64,000 nt of DNA, from positions 186,001 through 250,000 of the forward strand of contig RSEE01000044.1 in NCBI GenBank assembly GCA_003971905.1, read 5' to 3'. Positions within the stretch are counted from its first letter, which is position 1, and each line of letters starts with the position of its first letter. This document shows, in pieces, positions 36,974-50,065 of the stretch. The position numbers and the translations under genes are program-made. The stretch comes from Moniliella sp. 'wahieum' (taxonomy: Eukaryota). The notes beneath the pieces were generated by a model. It was given only the letters and a program-made list of their open reading frames with translations, was not told where the DNA came from and ran no database searches.

Positions 36974-39335
36974 TTAGACAATGGGCTTGAGCGGGTACAT
37001 GTCGTCTGAACGTCGGTGTTCATGTTGTCGGTGAGGACGGGCAACTTGTACATGCAGTCCACCGTAGTGGCCGACTGGGCAGCAGCGTGGTACCCTGGCT
37101 GGTTGCGGCCCCAACCTGCTTCTGCGCTGCCTTGTCCTTCTTGATGGCCGCCTTGGACACGGTAGGTGCCGGCGCATGCTTCGAGGCGACGGCAGCCGCT
37201 TGCCATCGGGCACCTTGATGAACACGCGTTTGCCCCCCGGACCTTGAACCTGGTCCAGAATGTAGTAGCCCTTGCGCTCAAATTGCACATGGTCACCTTG
37301 CTTGAGCGTCGCCACGTCGGCGGCGGCCAGGGCAGTCGAGTCAAACTCGTCTGGGGAGTGAGGTAGTCACCAAACGCATCGTCCTCGTCGAGCTTCTTCT
37401 TGGTGATAAGGTAGTCAAATTCCTGCAGCAGAACCGGGACGAGCGGGCGAGAGGCAGAGACCTGGTCGGTAGAAAGCCAGGTGATCTTCTTGTCCGTCTT
37501 GGTAAAGTCACCGTCCAACTTGGCTTGGAGGTCGAGGGAAGCAACGGAGCCATCGGAAGCAAGGTGTTTCTTGGTAACCACCGCGTTGCCCCAGTCCATC
37601 AGGGTGAACTCCTCACCTTCCTGCAGAGCCTGGGCATCGGCCTGGTCCAGATGATGTGCGGGCCAAAGACCGTGAGCTTGGTGCCCACGTCGGGATTCTT
37701 CTTGTGCCGCGGCATCTCCTTTTCGTACGCCTTGTCCGCCACGCCGCCAGCCAAGGTGGCCTTGACCATCCCCTTCTCCTCCACAGCCACAAAGCGGGGC
37801 ACAATGGGATCAATGATGCGCTTGTTCAACGACCAAATGCCATCCCACTCCATGTTGATCACTTGCTGACTCGGACCGGTAGCAAGGATGAACTGGCGAA
37901 TGCACTCGATCGTCATACCGCGACGACGGATCCCACGGACCGTAGGGAAACGCGGGTCGTCCCAGCCGGAAACGTAGCCATTGTCCACAAACCATTGCAG
38001 TTTGCGCTTGGACAGCAGGGTGTAGACAAAGTTCAAGCGGGCATAGTCCCAATACGCACGTCACGCACGCAGATGAAGGTGCTGGATGAACCAGTAGTAC
38101 TGCGGGTTACGGTCACGGTACTCGTTGGACGAAGCGAGTGGGTCACACCTTCAAGCGAGTCAACGATGGGGTTGGCAAAGTCGTACGTAGGGTAGGCCTT
38201 GTACTTGGTTCCCGTACGGTGGTGGGGGAAGTCAACGTTAGCGGTACAGGACGGGGTCGCGCATCGCCTTGTTGGGATTATCAACGCTCATCTTGGCTCG
38301 CACACACCACCTGCGTCCCTCGGTCGAGCCCGTCTTCATCTCCTGGAACACCTCCCACGTCCGTTCGGGCGTCATGTCACGGTTTTGACGCAATGCCCTC
38401 GCCACGCTCGTAGCGCATCTGCTCCAGCGGGGTGTCATCGGCGTACATCACCTTGGAAGACAAGTTTGTGCAGCTCCTGCTCAATCTGCTCAAAATAGTC
38501 CGAGGTGTGGGAGATGGGCACGCCATCGGCATTGATGCCGAGCAAGGTCAGGTCCTCAATGATCGCATTCTCGTACTCCTCCTTCTCCTTACGCGGGTTG
38601 GTGTCGTCAAAGCGGATGAGAAGTTTGCCATTGTACTTTTCGGCAAAGTACTGGTTGAGAATGGCAGCTTTGGCGTGACCAATGTGAAGGTAGCCCGAGG
38701 GCTCGGGCGGGAACCGGGTGACGACCTGCGAGCCGGGAGGAAGGTCGCCCAGGAAGAGGTCAAAGGACGAGGCGGCCTTCTTGGTGCGGTCCTTGTTGCT
38801 CTTGGCGGCCTGCACGGCCTGGAGGGCCTGGGCAAAGGCAGGGAGGGACTCGAGGAACTTGTACCAGCGAGTCACATGCTTGTACGAGTTCTTCTTGATC
38901 ACACCCAACGCTGGCAGGTTCAGACGGAACGCAGACCAAAGCGCCGCATCGGCAGCGGACACGGTGGAGCCGACGAGAAGGTACGCAGAGCAAGGTGGTT
39001 GTCCAGTGCATCCGCCGTCGCCGCAACGTCGACAAACTTCATGCCCACCACAACGGCGGCCTGGTCAATGTACTTGGCGACCTCGGCCTCCTCGGCAGAG
39101 GATGTGCCGAAGAGGTGGGCCAGGGACGAGCTGGCTGAGGGCGCGGAGGACGGGACAATGCCGGTGGCCGGGTGGGGGCCGGTGAGGCTGGGCTCGGCAT
39201 CGGGCTGGGCGTCGGCAATGGCGACGGGGGGGCGGCGCTGTGCTGCGCATTCGCGAGGTTGGCGGCGATGAGGGGGAGGAGGGGCGCCTTGGCGCTGTCC
39301 TTGGAGGCGAAATCGACGGCCAGAGTGGCAGCCAT
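36974..39335 (-). CDS. GUS1: Cytoplasmic glutamyl-tRNA synthetase
   Basis: [20 protein letters not shown] (HIGH), [55 protein letters not shown]. Confidence 0.97.
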
Positions 39336-39564
39336 GGCGACGACGCAGAGGGGGCTGGTGGGCGGGGGGCGGATGCGGCGGCGGTGGGCTGTTTCTTAAC
39401 AGCTTGGAACGAAAAAGAAGGACGAGTCACACGCAGAGTAGGGTTGGGCAACCCTAGTGCGTGCTTGTCAGTCGGGACAGGGCCGGGAAGGGGTACGTCA
39501 TGGCACGTGATGCTGGGGGCGTGTTGGTTGCTCTGTTCGCCTGGTGGCTGCGTTGCTCTCCGCC

Positions 39565-42500
39565 ATGGACGCGCTGCTGCTCCCGCCGCTGCCCGCCGCG
39601 GCCGCCGCCGACGCGCTCCCGCCCTTCCGCCTCCCGCTCCTCCCGCCCGCCGACGCGCCGCCTCCGCCTCCGCCATCGCCGCCGCCCGCGTCGCCCCCAC
39701 CGCCCCCACCCGCGCCCGCCCAGGACGACAGCCCCGCCGGCAGCAGCGCCCCTCTGCGCGCCGCCCCACCTGGACGCAGTGGCACGAGCTCCAGCACGCC
39801 CCCTCCTCGGCGGAGATGCTGCGCACCCAACGCATAACCGATCCGGATCCTCCTGTGTCTGCGTCTGCCTCCGCGTCTTCCCAGGCCACGCGTCTCGAGG
39901 GCCTGATGCACAGGTGAGCCCCCGCGCCCGCATCCCGGACCACGCTGACCCGACCACCCCTCCTCTTTCTCCCTGCAGTGTCGAGAAGCACGTCATGCGC
40001 CCCAGCGGAGGCCGATTTTCCGTCCCGCGTCCTGCGCCCGTGCACGACATCACCGCCGTACTCGCATCGCTTGTGGCCGTCGCGACGAGCGGAGTGGGGA
40101 ACGATCTGTTCCAGTGGGACGCGTCTCGTGCCCAGTACCGCTGGGCCGGCACGCTGGCCCAGCAACAGCGCACCAAGCAATACCTCGCCGTTGTCAAGAC
40201 CATCCTTGCGGAACAGCCTCACTCCCACTCCACCGTACCACCCTTTCCCGACTGGAAGGGCTCCGAGCGGATCGAGGGCATGAGCGCCCCCGCCACCCAA
40301 TCCCTTCTCCGCCCTTTTCTCGATGTGGGCACCATGCTTCGCCGCCTGCAGCAGCAAGGCATCGATCTTATTCACGCCGATCCCCCAGGACAGGAGCTTC
40401 GGGCGCTTGTGCGGGCCGTGGAGGTGGTGTTGGCGTGGGTGGTGCAGCGTTTGCGGCGCTGGCTTCCCCGGGGCGGCGCACTGTCTCTCTCCAACGAGCT
40501 GGAAGAGACCAAGGCGATTCTTCTGGCTTTGTGCCGTTTGCTCGACTGCTCGCCCCACCGTTCCCCACCTTTCAAGATGTCTTTTGATCCTGCTGTACCA
40601 GCCAAGGTACTGAACCATGTCTATGCCCACTACGTCTCCTCCCTCCAGGGAAGCGTCCCAATGGTGCAGCGTACCCTCCTCTGGGTCCTGGAAAAGGTCA
40701 CGTACGACTGGCGCTCCCAAGTTGCCGCTTGGGTAGGCTGGCCCGGAGCCGAACCCCACCCATCCCACCAAGTCGGCGATGAGGCGGTCGTCACCCTCAC
40801 GCAAAAAGTAGCCGACGCCCCGTTCCGCACCTCTGATCCATGGGCCGGGGCACGAGTAGAGTGGACAGTGGATTCGCGCGGGGAGGAGGATGTGGGGTAC
40901 CGATTGCTGCCGTCCAAGCTACCGTCGTTTGTCTCGGTTGCCAAGGCGCGTTCTGTGTTGGAGGCAGGACGTGCGGTTCGTTTGTTGCGCAAAGCGGCCC
41001 GGCCCGATCATCCGCTCGTCCAACTCCTCGGCAAGAAGGAGGAAGAGGCTCTCCCCCTCCCCTCCTGGCTTTGCTCTGAAGAAGAACATGCCCAGCGTCG
41101 AGCCCAAGCCCAAGCCCGGATCCGTGAGCTCCAGCACCGCGTAGCGGTCTGGCGGCACAGTCGTACTGCCCACTCTGATGTTACTGGTATTGCAGGCGAG
41201 ACCACCCCCCGCATGATGCACACAGAGGTTGATCATTATTCTATTGTGTCCTCCCGTCAGGACAAAGAAGACCCATTCGCTCTTTTGCCATGTGCGACTT
41301 GCCACCGCTTGACGATGACGAGGAGGATAAAAGTGATGATGAATTTCAGCAGTTTGCTCGGTGGATCACCTCGCCCACTGTCGCTGGGGAAAAGCCGGCG
41401 CATCGGTGCTCGAACTACCCCTCCTTTGGTCCCAATTGATCTCGGGCGCTCTGATTAGCGTTTTCTTCCGCGATGTGGGACTGCCCACGTACCTCGACAC
41501 GTGCCGACACTTTCTCTTGCTGGGCAGTGCCCCCTTTGCGGACCAAATGCAGCAGCTCCTCTTTTCCGACGGCATCAATGTTCGTCCTTTGGCGCAGGGA
41601 CTCAACCCTGCCTTAGGTCCCCTCTGGCCGCCCTCGGCGGGGACGATTGCACCCCGGTTCAATGCGGCGGTGCTGGAGGCCGTGGCTGGCTGGCGCACCG
41701 CTTGGGCACGCCAAGAAGCCAGCACGCGGGGTCAGAAACGGGACGTGTTGCTGGATCTGGATGAGCGGCTTTCGTTTGCCATTATCGATCCGCATCTGAC
41801 TAAAATCCGAGGCCGGAAACGGTCCCATTGGCAACACCCCGAATGTAGGTCCTCTCGTTCCCCGTTTTTTCCTCTTCCTTCTCCTCTCCTACCCCTTTTG
41901 TCTGTGCAAGCTGACCATGTGATGTTTTTAGCCATTGATGCCCTGGATTGGCTTACCCTGAGTTTTACGCCGCCGGCGTTGATTGCGCCGTGCTGACAGC
42001 CCAGGCGCAGCTGAGCTACCAACGAGTGCTCAACGTTCTGTTGCGTGTCAGCGTCTGCAAGTGGTTTCTACGCGGCTTGTACACCACCCTCTTCAAGTTA
42101 CGAGCTGCGCGCAGCGATGTATTTTTTCTCTTCTTTACCCGAGCCCAACACTTTGTCACCCACCTTGGCGCCCACGTGGAGCAAGTGGCAATCAAGGATA
42201 TGTGGGATACGTTCCAATCGCGCCTAGCTCAGCTGCAAGCCCACGTGGAACGACAGGATCAGTTCCTTCTCGTGGACGAGGAAGCAGACGAGGAGGCCGA
42301 TGAAAGCGACGAAGGCTCCGCCGCACCTTCCTTTCGCAGTCGCGCCGTGTCTACCAGGGGGACGCAGTCCAAGGGGACGTGCATGAGCTCCGCGATATCT
42401 TCTCCCTGGCGCGGTACCATGAACAGGTCCTGGACCGGATGGTGGGGTGTCTGTTCCAAAAGTCGGCCCAGGCCAATGTGGGCAAGATGATGGACGAGCT

Positions 42501-42871
42501 GTTCCAGCTGATTCTCAATTTTGCCAAGTTGGTCGCAGCCGACGACGACCCCTCACACACCGAAACCGAAACCGAAACCAAGGCCCATACTCTGTTGTGT
42601 CAGTTTGATACCCGCTTTGCCACTTTGGTTCGGGCCCTGCGTATTGTGGAGCGGTCGGGGCGCGGGTCGCGGTCGGCCGAGCCGGCTCAGAAGCCCGCCG
42701 TTCCAGCTGGCTTGGACAAAGAGTCACGCGACGAACTGCAGCGCAACTCGACGAAGCGGAGCAAGACCTGCGCCTGCTTCAGGTCGAAGCTCGCACCCGA
42801 TCCCAGAGCGAAGCCGAATGGGCTGCCCTCTCGTCACCCGGCTGGACCCGATGATGCGCTACCCAGACTAA
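39565..42871 (+). CDS. Gamma-tubulin complex component, GCP6-like (Spc97/Spc98 superfamily)
   Basis: LPSFVS...LEAGRAVRLLR, LPTYLDTCRHFLLLGSAPF, GLN..WPP, ERLSFAI, IDALDWLTLSF.PP, YQRVLNVLLRV, AQHFV, HEQVLDRM match grip2-type motifs; subfamily assigned from memory. Confidence 0.78.
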
Positions 42872-42954
42872 CAAGGGAGGTATGGCCTGTATGGAATCCT
42901 GTACATGTATGTATTCGCTCGTGCTAGACCGCTAGACCCCTAGGCCCCTAGCCC

Positions 42955-44423
42955 CTAGACCCCGTCCAATAGCGCCACGGGATCCACCACTTCCCATAGA
43001 TGGTACCGGCCTGTGCTGGGGGGGGACGAGAGCGGCGCGGGCTGCTCCTCCTTGCCTGGCGGCAGGTCAGGCACGAACAACCGCGCCGGCGCCAGGGTAT
43101 CAATGGCAAAGCGCGCGCGCGCCGGGCTGGGCAGCGACAGTTTGGCCACGGCAGTTTGACGCGCACCCGCATACGCTTCCTTGCATGAACCGACAAGGTT
43201 TCCCGTTCCACCTGTTCTTCTTCCGCCCAGTCGGGCATCACGCGTCGTTCGGCCGGACCCAGCCCCAGCGGCTCCACCACACTTGATGGAGTAGCGTCCA
43301 GCGTAAAGTCCAGGTCGGGTAGGGTGATTCCTCGCCGGGCACGCTCCGACGGCGCGCCATCGGTGGTGCGGGACCGTAGCTTGCGCAGCGTCAGGCTCGC
43401 GAGTGTTTGCAGGTGGTCCTAGGTACGGCAGAAGGGGAGAGAGAAGAAGAGAGAGAGAGGAGAAAGAAGGGAACGTTGAGCCTTGGAGTGGTCGTGAGAG
43501 CAAAGGAAAATAGAACGTACCTGGAGAGCAAGGAGCAGGATGGACGCCGCTTGGGGGTGCACACCTTGCGTCAAGCCGTGCTTGACCGCGACGAGGGTCA
43601 TGCGGTCGCGTAGTGTCTCCGTGTCGGGCAGCTCTTTGGCGGTGAGGCAGAGTGGTGCAACGGTAGCGCGCTGAAGCGATTGCTGGACACCTGTGCAAAT
43701 GTAATAAGCAGGCGGGGGAGGGGGAAGAGGAGGAGGAGAGTTAGTACGCGCACCGAGACGCGCATTGCTCATTCACGTACTGGCCGGCAGGCGGTTGTGG
43801 GTCGCCTCAACGAATTCGTGGCCGCAACAGCATCAGTGTGCCAGTCGCGCGCACCGATCGCGGTGCGCGTTTGGCGGAACCGTTTTTTCTCCTCGACCTG
43901 CCGGCGACGGTCGTCGTCGCGACGCTTGCGCTCGAGCAGGCCAGCGGCCATACCGGCCCAGTCGAGACTGACGTCGGAGGAGCCATCGGGCGCAGTGCGA
44001 CGAACGCCAACAGCCTTCAGCGCCGAGCGTTCGCGGTTCGTCAGAGCGGCGACCATGGTGCGGAGGCGCTTGTGCGGCGGGGGCGGGCGGTGTGGTCGTC
44101 GGCATCGGCATCGGCATCAGCAAAGGTGCGCGCGGAGGCGAAGCGGTGCGCAAGCGTGGGGCCAGGCACGCCGGGGCTGGCGTTGTAGAGGAGGCCGACG
44201 ACGAGGGCATTGTGCAGGGCAACGAGGTCGCGCGTAGGCAGAAGCGGCTGGGCGAGGTGGGCAAACTCGGTGCGGGAAATGCGGCCAGAGACAAAGTCGA
44301 CGAAGGCGGCCCAGTAGGCGGGGGCGTCAGCGGCGGGAGGGCTGTCTCGAGCGCGGCGCGGAGGCCGACGGTGTCGACGCGGCCGATGCGGGGGGGCGGG
44401 GGCGCGGGCGGGCGGGAGGCCAT
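42955..44423 (-). CDS. HFI1: SAGA complex subunit Ada1/Hfi1 (Tada1)
   Basis: RVDTVGLRAALE..YWAAFVDFVSGRISRTEF..LHNALVVGLLYNA, and APLC..KELPDTETLRDRMTLVAVKHGL..AASILLLAL(Q)DHL histone-fold region. Confidence 0.82.
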
Positions 44424-44557
44424 GGGCGCGGGCGGCGGCGGACGAGGCGGCGGTGGTGTTGGTGTTGCGGGCGGTTTTTACGTCGGTCTGTGTGCGATGG
44501 AATCGGCTATGGGCGCGGGAGGAATTGGAGACGCATTAATTAAGCCACCGCTAGGAT

Positions 44558-45641
44558 TTACACCGACAACACCTCGCTTAGCCAACTCGCAAACCGACGC
44601 GCGATCTCCTGCTCGCCGCCGGCCTGCGCCGCCTCCGCGCGCGCCGCCTCGCCCACCGCGTTGACGGAGGCCATGCCGGTGCTGTGCATGCGCACGAACC
44701 CACGCCGGTGCCGCTCCAGCAGCGGCCGCCCCAGCGGCCGTCCCAGCGCCGGCAGCTCCACCACCACCACCGCCACCCCGCCCCCTCCCCCAGCTCCACC
44801 CGCAGCTGCACCGGCCCCCCCGCCTCGGGCAGACCCAGGCTCTGCGCGCGCTCCAGAAGCGCCCCCACCACGGCCTGCGTCGCCGTCTCGAGGAGCGTAA
44901 GGTAATTTCCTGCTGTTGGTTGCTGCCGCGCGACCACCCCCGGCGCTCGTACCGCGGCGCCCTTTGTGACCGCTTGCCAGATCTCCTCGATCGGCAGGGG
45001 CTCGGCGCCTGGGGTCCGTCACTGCGCCGCCTCTTCGTCTCCCGGCATCCGCGCGGGAACGGAGGGGACGACAAACAAGGGCTGGTCCCAGCGCGTCATA
45101 TTGTTCGGCTCCTCGTACCGCTGCAGTAGTTCGTCCAGGCTGCGCGTCGGTGTTAGTACACTGTTGTGTTTGTCTGTCTGCCCATACAGCCTCCCTCTCT
45201 GGTGGGGGACCCAAGGAGCACCAACGCACGTATCAGCATCGTATCCGTCCGCACCCGTGGCCTTTCGCGCCTCGTTCCACTCCCGACACGTTTCCGGCGG
45301 CGCATGCACCTGCACCGACACACAGCGCACCTGCTCTTCCCGCGCCGCACACCACAGCTGGTAGCGGAACCCCTTGATGTTCAGCCCGGCCCCACCATCG
45401 GCAATGACAATCGTGTCTGGGGCGAGGTGACGCGTCACTGCCGAGAGGTAGGCAGCGCGGGCGGGCTTTTCGGTGCGCTGAGTGGCATAGCAGGAGCGCG
45501 CGTTGTGCGCCGTTGCGTCCGACACGAGCACGACCGAGCGCAGCGGCGAGTCGGCAAGGCGGCGCTCCAGCTGCGAGCGCAGTTCCTCAGCGCGCGTGGT
45601 GCGGCCGGAGCAGGGCAGGCCGGAACAAGGATGAGCGCCAT
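44558..45641 (-). CDS. KTI12: Elongator-associated ATPase Kti12
   Basis: MALILV(S)GLPCSGRTTRA, EKPARAAYLSAVTRHL, IVIADG..LNIKGFRYQLWCAARE, RYEEPNNMTRWDQPLF, HRRGFVRMH. Confidence 0.92.
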
Positions 45642-45848
45642 GGCGGTCAATCAAATGGGGGCAAGTCGGTGGAGGGAGCAGGACGGCTGAAAAGAAAAAA
45701 AATGACCCTCCTGCGGAGGAACCAAAGCGGCGACGGCAAATTTAAAACCACTACCACTACTACGGCTGCTGGCCACGCTAGTCGAGCTCATCACGTTGCA
45801 CACACAACCAACAAGTATACACATCCGCCATCAAGTCATCCACATCAG

Positions 45849-48605
45849 TCAGAACCACTTCGTCGCCTCCAGCTTGTTGGCCAGCGGCGTCGCGGCCGGG
45901 TTGTCGGACGTCGCCAGCTGGTCCAGCACGTGGAGGTAGGTGCGCGAGTGCTTGGTCCAGGCGCTCGCCACCTGGCCCAGGAAGGGTTCGACAGATGGGT
46001 CCAGCTCCAGCTCGTCCGCGTCCGTCGCCGCATCGGCCTTGTCTTGCTCCTGCATCAGTGGTCACGCAGCTGGGTGGAGCACGTCAACATGTACTCCACC
46101 ACCTGTCTGCCGCGCATGCCGCTTCACATACTCTGGGTTGGTCAGCATCAGCGCTCGCCGCGCCGTGTTGAGGAACCAAAAGTGGTGCCGCATCAGTTGG
46201 TCCACCGTCTGCACCGCATCGATCCGCACCAACATCTCGTTCCAGGTTGGTTCCAGCACCTCGCACGTGGCAAATGGAGGGTGGACTGAACCCAGAAAAG
46301 CATACTGTGTCGCAGAAAGAAGATACGCCGCTTCCACTGTTCCAATGCGGGGAACCGGCGCACCCGTCGCGTCCAAAGCCGCTCGCCATGCTCGGCCCAC
46401 ATGCGCGAAAGTGGTGCTCCAGCACCTTGAGGTGGACCACAATACGCTGCAGATCCTGCCACCGCACGATCGAGCTCTTGCTCAGCACTAGGAGACGGGG
46501 AACTGAACGTTGAGGTCAAATTGGAACACATCCAACACCCCAGTTGTTCGTCCGCCTTAGGCAACGCAGGGCGCTTGCCCAGCGTTCCCTTCGTCTCTCC
46601 GACACGGATCAGATAGGTGTACACTTTCTCCCGGTGGCACTCCACCACCACGTCCTCCTTGTACGGATCGGACCAGCCGACAGTGGTAGAGGAGCCAAGA
46701 ACCATGCCCAATTGCTGGCTTAGGCGCATCGGCGCATGCCCCGCGCGACCCGAAAGAACGAGCTTGCGAAGATCCGGAAGACCTTGCTCGTAAAAGGAGA
46801 GGAAAAAATCGGCTTGGTCCATGACAAAGTAGTGTTTGGCGCTGCGCAAACGTCCCACAATGTCCTGCTCTACCAGTAGCACCTTCAACAACCGCTCATT
46901 TGCCGATTGTACGCTCGGTCAATCAGGGCAAAGAAGCGTGGGTCGTGCAGGTCCGGTTCCTCACCTTCCTCTGATGACAGTGGCGGCAAGTCCATCCCAC
47001 ACTCGCGCAGCACATTCAAGTATTTGCCCGCCAAGAGGATCTTGTGCTTTCCATGCCTCGAGGAACGCAGGAACCCGCGCGCCTCCTGTAAAAATCCCAC
47101 GCGGTGTTGGGCCGTCCGATTCGTCCGGGTCGATACCGCGCTGGCGCAACTGTTCCCGTTCGGCCAGCAGTCGCTCGTCCCGAAGTGTGTAGCGCAGCTC
47201 CCAGTACTCGTCGGTCGGGCGCTCAGAGAGAGAAGCTTGGGTGACCGAAGTGTCCTCCAGAATAATGAACTCGTCGTAGGGATCCGAAAGGTGGCCGGTG
47301 GTGATCCAACGGAGAAGAATGGTACGGTAAGGGTGCGAGGCATCAGCAAACAAGGTCACAAAAGTTGGTGAGCTGCAGGATCACCCGACGTTTTCGCCAC
47401 CCGTTCCCATAGCAGTGCAAGGATCTCCCCCCTTTGACCAGGCCACCAATGATCCCGTCGTGTTCCTCCTCGTCCTTGTACCCAAGAAGCTCGCGGCGCT
47501 GCCGTGCCAGCTCGGCGTACTCCTCATTTTCATCATCGTCATCATCATCCCCCTCCTCATCATCGTCATCCTTCTCCAGAATGTCGGCGTGGGATATCGT
47601 TGCCACCTCCGCAGTAAAGGCATGCAGAACAGTAAATGTGCGCAGCGTCTTGTGTACGCATAGCCATAGTTTGTGCAGCGTAAACGTAGCGAGGTGGACC
47701 ATTCGTGTTCCAACTGGGCAAGGAGGATGGTGTAATTCTGCACAACAAATACCGTGTTAGTTGCTAACCATCACTGCCCATACCCCCACCCCGCAAGACC
47801 CAAAAACGAAAATAACGTACGTGGATAACTTTGCGGATCGATGCGCACAGCGCGTGAACGACCGTACCAAAGTTCAAGTCTGATTCCAGCTCGACAAAAG
47901 CTGTGATGGAGACATAGTATTTGGCGAGCGGGAGGATGCGCTGGACCAAGTCGCGCAGCGACGCGTCAAACGCCTGGTCCACCACAAACTCAGGGCCAAC
48001 TAGCTGATGTTCTCGCTTGGCAGGGTTGTACGAGGGCGCAAAGGTGATAAACTCGCGCCTCAATGCCTTGGAGAACAAAAAGAAGGTCTTGGATCAAAAG
48101 GGCGCCCTGGGTGTCCAGGTCGCCCACCGGCACCGCAAGAGAGGCAGGTGCCGTACCCACTGCATCAGAAGCATTGGGAAAGAGAGGGCGCGCGTAGGCG
48201 AGGAGGAAGGAGGAAGGTGGGTTGGTGCGCGAGCCGCCGTTGCGCGTCGACGCGGCACGCTCCTTGGCGGCGCGCTCTTGGCCCGAGGCGTGACGGGCGC
48301 CAGGCGCGAGTTGAGCGGGTTGTGCACAAAAGACTTTTCGGCGACAAAAGACGAGGGCACCGCGGGGCCCGATGGGAGCTGGGGTTGCCCGTAGGGAGCA
48401 TCGATGCGGCGACTGATCCAATACTCGACGTCCCCGTCGTTGGCGTTGGCGGGGTGTCGGGGTCGCCGTCGTCGCCAGGCAGGCTGGGGGCGCGGGTGGA
48501 GCGGTCGATGGTGCGCTGGTAGCGCTGGAGCTGGCGTGCGCTCATGACATGGGAGGCGCGCTTGCGGTACGAGACGGGCGTGGCCGCCGCCGGAGCAGAC
48601 GCCAT
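45849..48605 (-). CDS. SPC97: Gamma-tubulin complex component GCP2 (Spc97/Alp4)
   Basis: LLIQDLLFVL.GIE, LRDLVQRILPLAKYY, FGTVVHALCASIR, PYRTILLRWITTGHLSDPYDEF, EYWELRYTLR, KILLAGKYLNVLRECG, LRSAKHYF, EVLEPTW. Confidence 0.9.
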
Positions 48606-48810
48606 GGCACAGAGCGGGGAGAGGCGCGACGAGGTGGTGGGGGCGCGACGAGGATGGCCGCCGACGCAAACAACACGCGAGATGCAATTCTGAAATGTTG
48701 CCACCGTGGCGCGGCGCGCGCGGCGAGCTGGCCAGCGAGCTTCTGGGGCTCCACCTCCGTCTCCACCCCTCCACCTCCACCTCCACCTCCATCTCCATCT
48801 CCTCTCCAGC

Positions 48811-50065
48811 ATGGCCGCCCTTGATGGGCCACCGACGCCGGAGCACCTCCCCTGCGCCTGCAGATGCTCCGTCCCCGTCCCCCTCCTTCCCCCTCCCCCT
48901 CCGCTCGGCCCCCGCCTCTGCTGTCTCGCCCGGCGCTGTCTGACCGCCACGCGCGCCGCAAAGTAGCATTGCCTACGTATCCACCCTACTCCTCCCGCGT
49001 CGACGCCCGCCTCCGAGCCATTCGTTTCCCCCTCTCCATCGCCCTCGTCTCGCATCGTGCCCAACTGAGCGTCTCCAGCACAACCAGCAGCCCCCCATCG
49101 CTGAACGACTTGCCTTTCCCCGTCCAGCCCGAGACGGCGATGGACAGAACGGCCCCACTTGCTGTCGTCCATAGCATCGCACGAGCAAAAATGCCTCGAA
49201 TTGCGCGAGCAGCTTGCCCGTCACGAGGCTGAAGTTGCCGTTTGCGTGCCGAGTGGAAAGAAGCCATGGCCCAAACCCTGGCTCAGCATCAGTCCTCCTC
49301 TAGCCCCACGGGCACAGCACCAGGAACGGACCCACCACACACTCGCTCCTTCTCCCAAACCCTGTCGAGTGCACTACAATCTGAGGAGGATGGAACACCG
49401 GACCTGGCTGCGATGCAGGCAGCTGCGACCCACGCTTTGAAGGATTGGTCCGGCCGCCTGCACTCGTTTTGGGCGATGCCTTGGCGGCGCCGGCCACCCC
49501 TACTACCCCCACCACCAACTTTGATGTGGACACACCGCATACCGATACCGGGCGCCGGCCCACCCGCGTTTCTCAAGATCGTCCCAGGAACAGTCTCGTG
49601 ACCCAACGCCCACCTTGCCTGCAGGAATTCGCGCCAGCTGAAAACGCGGCTCCTGACAGCCTGCAGCCCACCACCGTCAGTGAGACGCTTCATTCCCTCC
49701 CGAAACCAGACACGGAAGAAACCAAACGAACCTCCCGCTTCGCTTTGTCTTCGTCCGCGTGGGACTGGAGCACACGACTACAGGAAGCAAAGTCGGGCGC
49801 AACGGCGCTGTTAGCAAAGGCGGAACGTGGCCTGGAAGGCCTCATTGTCATTGATGACCCAACCTCCCCGGACTCGCCCTCCCCCAACAAACCTGCGCCC
49901 TCGCTCGCCACCCGTCATGACTTTTGGCATTCAGAAGCCCAGCGAGAACGTGCCCTGTTGCGCAGCTGGGGTACTGATCCCGTCAAGAAGCCGTCCACAC
50001 CGGTCCATACTCGGATTGCACCGGCGCAGCCTCCCAGCCCAGACCACGACAGTTGGAACTGGTAA
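48811..50065 (+). CDS. Fungal hypothetical protein with an N-terminal coiled coil (possibly DUF4048-like); may extend to about 50287 through a final intron
   Basis: LLSSIASHEQKCLELREQLARHEAE..LRAEWKEAM resembles a conserved fungal coiled-coil motif; the remainder is S/P/T-rich. Confidence 0.55.

Noticed and set aside
39065..40804. Long antisense ORFs (579 aa here; also 32588-33718 and 14257-15357) as overlapping genes
   Set aside because: These are shadow ORFs expected in very GC-rich coding DNA. They are low-complexity R/G/A/P and carry no motifs.
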